Shown: positions 1 through 11,000 of the stretch, in pieces | Position numbering within the stretch: position 1 is the first letter of the stretch | How the letters are laid out: each line of letters opens with the position of its first letter | Assembly (NCBI GenBank): GCA_033442325.1 | Contig: JAWQFM010000011.1 | Location: forward strand, 1,825,584 to 1,865,926 | Origin: Salpingoeca rosetta | Taxonomy: Eukaryota > Protista > Choanoflagellata | Length of the DNA stretch: 40,343 nucleotides | Direction of reading: 5' to 3' | The notes under the pieces: generated by a model | Seen by the model: only the letters and a program-made list of their open reading frames with translations | Database searches by the model: none | What the model was told of the DNA's origin: nothing | Position numbers and translations under genes: made by a program

Positions 1-1699
1 GTTTGACCTGTGCCATCTCCGCCCAACAACAGACCCCAGATGCCGCCCCAACGCCATTGTGCCCATTGTTGTTCCACCAGCAACACCTCCCGCAGAAGCG
101 CACAAGCTTGACGACTACGATGTCACTGCGTTGCCGAACGTACCTGACATCATCTGCCAAGCATTTTGATATGGCAAAGAAGATGATGGAGGCTGCAGCG
201 TTGTCTTCTTTTGTCTTGGACTGCTTAATCCATCTGGCATAATCGCGGTGGTGCTGGACGCATTCTGCTTCATCACACAGGCCATCCGCGAGACACGGTG
301 CAGATGACAACAGCACCACCAGGTGACAAGGATGGCAACCAAGTGCAGCTGATACTGGAGGGACTTGCTTGAAGGACTGGTGCGAGGCGTTCAAGTACAG
401 CAGCAGCAACAACAACAACACCGTGGAGCGTGGCCCGCTTCGTGTGTCTCCTTTGCCCTGCAGCACCCTGACACACAGTGGTGGCTGGTGGATGACTGCG
501 CCCTTGTTGTTGTTGGTGCAGGCCACCTTGCACTTGGTTGTTTGGCTGCACTGCAAGTAACACCATACAATATGGCTGTTGTCTTGAGCAGTGCCGTGTC
601 TCTGTTTCTGCTTTCCTCTCTTGCTTGGATGTGCGTGTTGGTGTTGCGTGTGTGCCCGTGTGAGGGTTGCTGTCGTTTCTTCATGTCTTGGCTCTGTCCC
701 ACTGTACTGTTGGGAAACGATTGAACATGCAAGGTGAAATCACCACAACACGGCAATCAGCAACCAACCACACAACACTGACAAGGGAGAGTGGCAGAGC
801 AGAGAGACAGCAAGAAGGAAGGCAGGGAGGAAGGAAATTGAGTATGCACGGCGTGCATGTGAACAAACAGCCAACGCAATGGCAACAACAGTGACACATC
901 ATCAAACACCGCATGACACACTGCAACGCTGCTCTGTCGATGGTCGACCTGCAGGAAGAAAGAGATGCACGCGTGCACCAGCCACGACGCGGTGGCTCTT
1001 CAGATGGGAAGTGATTTGATTGGCAGCCGTCTCGCCATCGCCGTCATCGATGTGCGCACATGCAATTGCGCAGCCAACCACAAAGGGAGGGTGACTGCGT
1101 GCCGTGCAACCCCACATACATCCACCTTCTTCTTCATTGCTATTGCCTCGCATTGCAGCAACTGCTGCTGCCAGCCATGGCACCAACAATAGCCAGCACA
1201 TGCGTGCCCACCAGAAGCACAGTGCCCACTTCATTGCCGTTGCTGGAACTAGTGAGGAATGCAAACACAATCACCACCACCACCTCATCAGCTGTCGTTG
1301 CTGTTGCAATGGCGTGCACTCCTACCACAACCATCAACACTGCTGGCGTCTCCTCCAACAACGCCGTGGTGGTCCAAGAGCCAACTGCATCAGATGCCTT
1401 GAGCTCGTTGCTGTCGTTGGTGGTGGTGGTGGCAGCAGCAGTGTTTGGATGATGAAGATGATGTGGGAGGTGAAGGTGGCATGTGCTGGCAGCACGCGAT
1501 CACAGCAGGTGCAATGATGGTGGCTGTTGTTGCTGTCCTGGTGGAGGAATGCGGCGTCCACGTGAACTGGCAAGCGTGCGTGCGTGTGAGGCCCCCAGCA
1601 GTTGGTGTGCGATGGGTGGGATCGCGTGTGCATGCGTGCACCCAAAGGGACGAGTCGTCCAGGACACGTCGGCCTCGCACGGCGATGCGGTGGAGCCCA

Positions 1700-4592
1700 T
1701 GACGGTGACGTCGCCAGAGACGGATCGGCTGAAGAGGAGCGCGTAAAGTCCTCGTTGAGGGAGGCGACAGTGGCGATGATGGGCCCTGGCGCAGGTCGAT
1801 GCGCAGAATGAATCTGCGACGCGTCCTGCGTCGTGGTTGATGGACTGCACCAGCGCGGCCTCAAACGCCCCGCGGTGCGACAGCCTGCCGGCAAGGACGT
1901 TGAACTTGGCGTCAAAGACGAGCGAGACAGAGTACGCGGGCACGCACGCACGGTGGGAGCACCTCAAACTGCTCCACTGATGGTGGTGCAGAGGCGGTCC
2001 GTCGTGGCCGTGGGCGTCGACACCTCGTACTCTGTGTGCTGGCACGAGCGCACGCGCTGGCACTCGCGGTCGTTGACCAGCGACGGCGCAACGAGCTCGT
2101 ACTCGCTGGACAGACACTGCATCCACGGCGAGCAGATGCGGTTCTGCGTGGGCATGAGCGGGCGCGAGATGAACGTGTTGTTGTTGGGGCATATGCGGGC
2201 CCATCTGGCACTCACGGTCCGTGCTGATGGTGGGTGCGGCCGTCTCAAACGAGCCAGGCTCGCAGGGCGACACACGCGCGTGGAGAAGTCCGTGTTGCTG
2301 TCGCGGTAGAACAGGGCCTCGATGCAGCGGCGGCACTGGCGGTCGGTGAAGATGGTGGGGCGCACCACCTCCTCGTAGCCGAGGTCGCACTCCGTCACAG
2401 GCGTGCAATCGCGCTGGCCAGAGAGGGCGGCAAAGTCCACGCCAGCCTGGCACGGCATGCACGGCGTGCTGGCGTTGTGGCGGTCCAGGTCGACGGTGCC
2501 GGCCGGGCACAGGAATTGCTTGCAGGAGCCGATGGAGCCCGCAGGCACATAGTGGCCGTAAAGGCACGGCTGGCAGGCGGTGAGCGGGTTGCGGTCGTGG
2601 TCGGTGGTGCCGATGGGGCATGGCTCGCACTTGGTGTTGGAGGTGGAGGTGGGGGCGCGGGTGCGCTGCTCGCCAGGGCCGCACTTGGTGATGAGGTGGC
2701 ACAGGCGGTGCGCTCGTACTCCGTCGGCAGATTGCACTGGGTCAGGTCGCGGCAGATGCGGTCCGTGGTCGGCGTGGCAGGGAACAGCTCAAACTGGTCC
2801 TGGTCGCACACGTCGAGCGTCGTGCACTCTGTGTCGTTGGTGGCGGTGCATGGCGCGCTGGTACTGCTCGTCAGAGCACGTGCCGCACTGCTGGCACGAC
2901 ACGTCATTCTCGCGAGTCGCAGGCGCGCAGGATGTATGTGTTTGGGGGAGCACGCGGAGCAGCCGGCGCACTGCACGTCCTCCAGCGCAGAGCAGGCGCG
3001 AATCTCGTAGCGGTCACTAGAGCACCCGGAGCACTCCAGCGTGCACTCGCGGTCGGAGTCGAGCGTGGGCACCTGGCTCTGGAAGGTGCCAAACTCGCAC
3101 TTGCTCACGGCCATGCGTGGAAATGTACTCTGAGGCAGCGCAACGCGTCACGGGCACGCACGTGTCCTGGACGCACTTGCGGCAGAGGCGGTCGTGCTGG
3201 CGTGTGGGTTTGCATAGCGAATCTCTTCCTCATCTCGCGAATCTCTTCCTCATCTGGACTGCACTGCGTGACGGGGCAGCACGACTCGGCCTGGCCGTTG
3301 ACGGGCTTGAAGGTGGCGCCAAGCTCGCACTGGCCGCACACGCGGTTGCTCGTGGGGGTGGGCTCGGCCGTCTCCTCCTCGCCGGCATCGCACGTGGTGA
3401 CGGGGAGGCAGGGCACGCCCTGGCTGGCCAGAGACAGCCTTGTACGTGCCCTCCAGGACACTCGTCGCAGACACGCAGTCGCTGATGAGGAGCGTCATGG
3501 CTTGCACCTCCTCAAACCCGGACGCGCAGTCTGTGACGTCGTTGCACGGGGTGGCAGGGTCGCTGTCGTGGTGGTCGTGGGTGCTGGCGTGGCAGGTGAA
3601 GCTGGAGCAGGAGCCGTGGGAGCCCGCCTCCGTGTAGTGGCCAGCGCACATCTGGCAACCCGTGGAGCCGTCGCTGTCCGCGTCGATGGGGCCGGCCGGG
3701 CAGTCGCGGTACACGCCGTCCGAGGAGCGGGTTGGCGCGGAGACCTCCTCCTGGCCGCACTCGCACTCCTCAATGGGCTCGCATTTGCTGCCGCCAATGG
3801 ACGGGGAGAACTCCGTCACGCCGTCGCACGGACAACAGTTGGCCGAATCGGCGTCGTAGACAAGGATGAAGCCTGTGCTGCACTCGCACGTGTCTGTGCA
3901 GCCTGGGCAGGAGCGGCGTGCCTCGTCGGCATCCATCTGGCGAATGGTGTTGCGGATGCCATCATCGCCCTGGCTGGAGCAGCACACGTCCAGTACAACG
4001 TCGAGCTGCTCGTCCGTGGGCCAGGCGCACACCATCTCCTCAAACAGCTGCGTGATGAGGTTGCAGGTGAGCGTGTCGCAGGAGCAGAGGCGGTCTGTGG
4101 TGAGCGTGGGCGGGATGGTCTCGCTGAAGGGCTCCTCGCACACGCTGGTGGGGAAGCACGAGGCGCGGTCTGACAGCGGCTGGTACTCCATGCCGAGGGT
4201 GCAGCTCACGCACGGTCGCGCACGGCGTTGCCAGAGACAGACGGACTCCTTCTGGCCAGGCTTGCACTCGGTCCAGGGAGAGCAGACGGCGTCGGAGGAC
4301 GCGGAGCATGAGGTGGAGGCCCAAGTGCCCATGCCGCACGTGGTGCATGGCACGCAGCGGTGGTCCTTGGCGTAGTAGCCAGTCGGGAGGGCAATGGGCA
4401 ATGCGCGACTGGTGAGATTGCCGTCGCAGAGGTTGAGGCAGTTGGTGGCGTCTGGTGGAATGGCATTCGGCACACGCGTGGAATGGCATTCAGCACACCC
4501 GCTGGCCGAGCTCATACTCGCCATCGGGGCACTTGCTGATGCAGCGGCCGTTACTGGAGGGTTGAATCCGCAGATCGTGCACTCATCGATGC
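1700..4592 (-). pseudogene. Degenerate gene for a TNFR-like Cys-rich repeat surface protein (repeats ending PT-x-T-x-DR-x-C), followed by a non-repeat segment
   Basis: The repeats are split among several minus-strand ORFs in different frames (3250..5043, 3105..3461, 2395..3114, 1964..2737), e.g. 'CDLGYEEVVRPTIFTDRQCRRC', 'CDAGEEETAEPTPTSNRVCGQC', 'CEEPFSETIPPTLTTDRLC'. Splice acceptor ccag|GCATCGATGAG at 4592. Many frameshifts. The 3' boundary is approximate. Confidence 0.75.
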
Positions 4593-4804
4593 CTGGAGGG
4601 GTGTGTGTGTGTGTGTGTGTGTGTGGAGGAGAGGATGGTGTGAGAGGCAATGACAACACTGTTGGGAGGTGTTGAGGAAACAAACACTGCTTCATCATCT
4701 TCAAGGTCACAACACTGACAAGAGACTTTGAGGACAAGCGCGCGCACACACACACACACACATGCACACACATACACACACACACACACACAAAGACAAC
4801 ATAC

Positions 4805-5330
4805 CGTTGGCCCGTGATGAAGCTATCCTTGAGGACCCGCCGCACGGTGTTGTTGTGCACTGTGTGGATTGTTGTGTGGTTGTGCTGCACAGCCTGCTCC
4901 AAGTAGCCGTTTGTGGTAAAGCATGTCTCCCCGAGCTCCATATCTGCGCCACCGCTCAGCGTCTTCGCGACAGCATCGACAGGGTCGTGGGAGTACTTGT
5001 TGGCGTTGACCATGTTTGCAAATTGCACAGCAGTCTGTTCCAATCATCACCATGTCACGCTTCCACTGCCCGCCCACGACGTCGTTGAGCAGCATGTTGT
5101 TCGCACACCAGGGCACGCCGTTGATGCTGGCGCACGAGCACATGGCAGTGATTGCCCGCGCGTGTACTGCACATGAGACACATGGCAGAGGGGAGCGGGA
5201 TGAAGATGAGGAGGTGGGAGGTGAGGAAGATGGCACAGGTCTGGTGGCGTGGTCGAACTAACAAGAAATGTTGATTGGAAGTACACACACACACACACAC
5301 ACAGACACACACACAGACACAGACACACGC

Positions 5331-5419
<89 letters not shown>

Positions 5420-6094
5420 TACACGCATACCTCGGTGTCTCAGAGGTCAAAGGTGGAGATGTTCCCGTTGAATGCCATGCGGCTTGTCTCGACCGAGGCC
5501 GCGTCAAAGTGCTTGGGACCCAAAATCGCAATGGAGCGGTGACAGCAGTGTAAATGACACGTCCACCACCAAGTGTGCATATGAAACAGCGTCGCTGACA
5601 CGGTTGTGGGCAATTGCACACACGCACGTGTGTGAGGTTGGATGCGTGTGCGTACCTGCTGTCATTTTCTTGTACTTCTTGTCTGTGCCGTCCTGGCAGC
5701 CGGTGACGTCAGCAGCAGCGCACTCACCGCTCAAGCACGGGTCTCAGAGGTTGAGAGGGGTGCAGTGAAGGCGAGTGGGCGGGCCTGCAAAGTGAGTGAG
5801 TGAGTGTGTGGGTGTGTGCGAAGGGGTGTTGGGGCAATGCGTGGAACTGTTGTCGAGTGATCGCACGGGTGTGATATGTGAACTAGCGTCAGCAACACGT
5901 GATGAAGGGGGCACCTGTGCCTGTGAGTCCGATCTTCTGCAAGACGCTGCCGCCCCTGTGCCAGTTGAGATTGTTGAAGGCGCGCATCTCCGTGGATACG
6001 ACCTGGAAGCGAAGAACCGGTAGGGGAATGGGGACGAGGAGGGAGGGAATGAACGACAGGAGCTCTGATCAAGGAGAAGAAGACGACATAGCAG

Positions 6095-6176
<82 letters not shown>

Positions 6177-6967
6177 GGTTGAAGGCTGCGCCAAGACCTG
6201 TGGGGCCAATGAAGGTTGTGGCACACATGTCCTGGCTGATGATGCACGCAAAGGCAACGGCCGTGTTCGTCTCCACCAGATACAGATACGGCGGGATATC
6301 AAGCCTGCATCCATGCACACACACATGTGCGAGCATGAAGAGGGAGGTGGTGTTGCTGTGTGAGCAGTGGTGGTGGCGGTTGATGTGGTTGTGGCACGAA
6401 GAAGTGAGGAGGGAAACACAAGCAGACAGAGTCACAAGTCACTGCGTGGGCTGAATGTCCTTTCTCACCTCTTGACACCAAAGTCAAGGAAGGCGCATGG
6501 ACTGGTGACGGGATCAGGGCCAATGAGACCGGCCTTCTCCTGAAGACTGAGGCGTCCAATGAGGTCGTCGAGGCGGGCACCGATGGACAGACTCGTGTTG
6601 CAGAACGGCAACTCCCTCATCGATGCAGACAGGCACGCATGGCCTGACGAGGCAAGGTGCAACAGCAGCCACGTATGAGCCGAGAGAGAGTGTGTGTGTT
6701 GTGTTGTGTTGTGTGTGTGTGTGTGTGTGCTGGAATCACCTGTGGGATCGGGTTTGCCGGAACAGTTTGCCCGGATTGATGTTCATGCGATTGGCTGCTC
6801 TGCACATCTCGGTTGACACCCCCGTGCATGGCTCGTTGCAGTCGGAGGAAGGCTGGATAAAAGTGTGTGTGTTGGGTGGGGGTGGGGGGAGTGTGAATGC
6901 TGGTCGCATACATTAATGCATGCACACACACTCATACACACACAGATACACACACAGATACACACAG

Positions 6968-7003
<36 letters not shown>

Positions 7004-7298
7004 ACACACAGACAGACACACACACACACACCGCCGAGACTGCGCGGTGGAATTCAGCTTGGGTGTTCGCAGAAGATGCATTGGTAGGCATCCTCAACGG
7101 CGCTGAGGGAAAAGTTGAAGGTGTAGCAGAGCGTGGCACACGCCTCACGCGTCATGGACGTCTGCGCCATGTTGCCAGCAAACGCAAACGTCTTGATTGT
7201 CAGCGCGGTGTGTGTGAGTGTGTGCGAGTGTGTGTGGAGGGGGGGGGGTGTTGGTAGGTGAGAGCAGCGATGGGACGAGGGGATGGCGACGCAACTCG

Positions 7299-7390
<92 letters not shown>

Positions 7391-7487
7391 CTTGATCTTG
7401 GAGGTTGGTGCATTGGACTTGAGCTTGGACGACGCTCACAGCCACTGCCACCAACCACAGCAGCGCTGTCACTGCCGTTGCACGCAT
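4805..7487 (-). pseudogene. Degenerate secreted WSC-domain + glycoside hydrolase family 3 (beta-xylosidase-like) gene, lacking the GH3 C-terminal domain
   Basis: ATG at 7487 with signal peptide MRATAVTALLWLVAVAVSVVQA. WSC-like Cys pattern: '[26 protein letters not shown]' and '[16 protein letters not shown]'. GH3 motifs: 'PFCNTSLSIGARLDDLIGRLSLQEK', 'ATTFIGPTGLGAAFNR', 'VVSTEMRAFNN', 'KHF', 'MCSCASINGVPWCAN', nucleophile-region 'TDCCAI', 'GGADMELG'. In-frame TGA at 5442-5440 (FDL*DT) and a frameshift just after TDCCAI (~5020). Confidence 0.8.
5283..5417. repeat. (CA)n microsatellite, representative of the dozens of intronic CA/TG tracts in the window
   Basis: Long CA run next to a GT donor. 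Similar tracts at ~6099, 7301, 15054, 27003, 29393, 30905 and 32700. Confidence 0.9.
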
Positions 7488-7561
7488 TCTTGTCTTCTTG
7501 TCTTCTTCCCCACAAAACACAAACACAAACAGAATTGTGCCGAGTCAGCACTTTCTACTTT

Positions 7562-7919
7562 TGTTAGAGAGTTGGGAGAACTCACTAAGATTTATGGTGT
7601 TCTGGGAGAAGCCCAGCAGGAACAAAGGAATTGTCTCATCACGAGACTTACGAGCCTACACGTCAAGTGACCAGAATGGTTTGGTTCACTCATGGTCATA
7701 CACGTCGGAGACCAAGTGAATGTGTGATTTACCCTGCCATGAGCGAACTGATACTGTGTTGCGTATTCATTCTTCCAACCAGTGTATTCCCTACCACAAC
7801 TCGTACGGCAATAGCTTTCTGCCCCAACCAATACAAACCATCGACTACAGCGATCACGATCATTGTCACACACACACCTACAACGTGAGGAGGGACACAC
7901 TGCATATTTCACGTTGACA
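7562..7919 (+). repeat. 5' LTR (358 bp)
   Basis: TGTTAGAGAG...ACGTTGACA. Three LTR-internal ORFs translate identically to those in the 3' copy (offset 4789). Confidence 0.97.
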
Positions 7920-7931
7920 GATTATGAGACC
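7920..7931 (+). promoter_or_regulatory. Primer-binding site GATTATGAGAC(C), half-tRNA (anticodon-arm) type, tRNA-Met
   Basis: Abuts the 5' LTR. Reverse complement (G)GTCTCATAATC is a CAT-anticodon stem-loop sequence of elongator tRNA-Met type. Confidence 0.75.
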
Positions 7932-8039
7932 CAACAACAACAGCAGCACAAAGACCTCAACAGCTCTGATCCTGAAGTGAGTGGGTTGGAAGAAACAAGG
8001 ACAGTCCCAAAAGAAAACACACACACGCACACCACCAAG

Positions 8040-11000
8040 ATGGCACACCGAGAGGAGGGTCGGCATATGATCCCAGTACTTGACGGAAACAAGGTCTCGT
8101 ACAGCTGGTGGAGCATGAGGATGAGACACTTCTTGAAGAGAAAGAAGGTCTGGGGTGTGGTGGATCCCGACTCGGAGGAGACGGATGAGGTGAAGAACTC
8201 AGATGCCTACCTGTGGATCACAGAGTATCTCACCGGGTTCCCAATGAAATTGGTGCACAAGCTCAAAGGGGATGAGGACGAGAACGCAAGAGCAGCGTGG
8301 AAGACACTGGCAAAGATGTACGAGAGAAAGGACAAGGTGGCAATGGTTGAGGCGAAGATCAAGATGTTCAACAGACAATGGGAGCGAGATGACACTGTGG
8401 AATCCTTTGTGAACGACTTCATGGAGACGCACGAGAACATGACGAGAGCAGGTGGAGACATGAGTGAGGAAGATCTCATCCAGCTCATCATCGTGCGCCT
8501 ACCAGAGAAGTACAGAGGGGTTAAGACGGTGTTGAGGCTGACCAAAGACCTGACGATCCAAGACATGATGCATGCCCTCAAGAGCGAAGAAGACATGACG
8601 AGCCTGAACGACCAGAGAGCAGGGCATGTGAAAGAGAGAGTAGCGAAGGTGTATGAGAAACCCAGAAGAGACAGCAAGCCAAAAGGAAGAAAAGAGGAAA
8701 GACGATGCTTCTTCTGCAACAAACCAGGCCATCTGAAGAGAGATTGTCGAGAATGGAAACGAGAAAGACAGAAGAAGTTCAAGGGACCACGACAGCACAG
8801 TGGCGAGAAGATGTTCAGTCTGCGAGAAGAAGAAGAGATGCTATGCAGCATTCGGGAAGAGGTTCGCAGCACACGCACGGACACGAAAGCAACTCAAGGT
8901 GCATGGTTACTGGATTCGGGAGCAAGCCGACACGTCACCAGCTTCAGAGAAGACCTGACGGACGTGAAAGAAACAGACACAGCAGTGACGGTGGCAGATG
9001 GCCGAACGGTGAAAGCTCTCGGACAAGGAACAGCACACATTCACACCAGCGCAGGTCGGGTGGTGTTGAGTGATGTGTTGTTGATGCCGGAAGGATTCGA
9101 GAGAATCATCAGCCAAAGAAGAGTGGTGCAAAGAGGACATCAAGTGCGCAGCAACAAAGACGGTGATATGGAGATCAAGTTCAGCAATGGAAAGAAACTC
9201 ACTCTCAGTACTATCGGAGGCATGAGCTACTTGATCGATGACGAGCACGAAGTGGTGAAAGTCCTCAGCAGCACGTCAAAGACCGCGTTGCAGGAGCTGC
9301 ACGAACTGTTCGCACACAGAGACAGCAAGAAGATACGAGAAAATGTGTGTGACACATGCTTGAAGAGCAAGATGAAGAGAAAGAGCATGCCACAGCACTC
9401 TGGCAGAGACAACCAGCAATACAAGAAGGGGCAGATGTTAGTGGCAGACATTGCAGGCCCCTACCCCACCTCACTCCATGGAGGCAGATATGCCCTTGTC
9501 ATGAAGGAGGTGAGGACGGGGTTCGTAATGGTGGGAGTGATGGAGAACAAAGGAGAAGCAGCAGAGGTGGCAACGCGTTTGATCCTAGCGGCACCGAGAC
9601 AGCTAGGAGTGGGAAAAGGATCAACGATTAAGACGGATAACGAAAGAGTCTTTACATCCACAGCATTTTCACACGCAATGTATGCCCTGAACATCACCAC
9701 GGCCACCTCAGCACCATACACTCCTGAAAGGAATGGCGACGCAGAGCGTACCATACAAACGCTCAACAACATGGCACGTGCCATGTTGCAGGCGGCATCA
9801 CTGGGTGAAGAGTTCTGGGCGGCAGCGCTGCGATACGCGGCGTACCTGAACAACTTCCTGGGGCCGTTCCGCAACATCTTCGGCAGAAACCCTCCAATGA
9901 CGCATTTACAGCAATTTGGTGTAACAGCTTATGTGAGGAACGAAGCCAGAAAGTCGAAGATGGCACCAAGGACAACAGAAGCAATCTATGTGGGGTATGA
10001 TGAACGCTCAAGAAGCCACCTTCTGTGGGAGCCAGGTAACAGACGCCTCACCCGATCCATCCACGTCAAGTTTTTGACAATGGATGAGTCGCGAGTGAGA
10101 GCTATCGTGCCTCTCTCCACACCAGCACCTACATTCACATCAGCACCTACACCCAAAAGAACCACATCAGCCTTACCTCATGTCAAGAAAGGAGCTAAGA
10201 CAGCACCTAAAGTAGCGACAGCACCCAACGCGGAAGTGGCGACACCGAAAACGAGAGCCACGAAGAAAAGGGGACATGGGAAGGCACCAAGGTCGATGAG
10301 AAAGGAGACAGCATTGGGTGAAACATCAGCAGCAGGCAAAACGACAGAATCCTCATCCGCAGCTGGAGAAGAGACAACAACATTTGACGCACCAATCACC
10401 GACACAACGGTGACACGTACAACAGCACCCTCAACCAGCAACGTGATACCTGAGGAACGCAACAGCGTTGAGGGGGAGGGTCGGATGACAGTAACCAGAA
10501 GTATCCCAGCATTCACCGCAGCTCCGCGCCGGTCCGCAAGGATCAAAGAGAGGCAGAAGGGCGAAGAAGTGAAAGCGGTGAAAGTGAAGAAAGGATGGGA
10601 AGAAGCGGTCGCAGAAGAGATGAGCAGTCTTGAACGCCATGATGTGTGGGATGAAGCAGTTGAGGGGGAGTATGACGTGAAGCCATTGAACACGAGGTTT
10701 GTGTACGCAACAAAAGGAGATGGGCGCAGAAAGGCACGGTTGGTGGTGATGGGGAACATGGAACCAGACGGAAACAACGGCAAGAGCAACTACTCACCCA
10801 CAGCATCCAGAACAACAACACTTACTTTCCTGGCCCTCAACAGAGCTCGGGTGGTCCGCCAGCTGGACATCAAGACAGCATTCCTACACGCACCCATACA
10901 GAGCAAGAAGCCGGTGTTGGTGAGAGGACCGGATGGTAAGGTGTACAGACTCAAGAGGGCGTTGTATGGTCTGAGGAGGAGCCCGCAAGACTTCAACAAG

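Noticed and set aside
1-420. Coding-like sequence at the window start
   Set aside because: Stops or shifts interrupt every frame and no family could be recognised; possibly another pseudogene fragment but not supportable.
2932-4173. 413-aa plus-strand ORF
   Set aside because: Antisense shadow of the GC-rich Cys-repeat coding sequence.
5440-5442. In-frame TGA as selenocysteine or readthrough
   Set aside because: The same gene has frameshifts and is truncated, so a nonsense mutation (probably TGG>TGA) is simpler.
7592-7917. Small ORFs in the LTRs (repeated at 12381-12706) and ORF 12049-12318 as a possible env-like gene
   Set aside because: Short, with no motif, signal peptide or transmembrane segment; explained by LTR and 3'UTR sequence.
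7863-8039. N-terminal extension of the 1385-aa ORF
   Set aside because: It starts at a non-ATG codon inside the LTR and crosses the PBS; the first ATG is at 8040.
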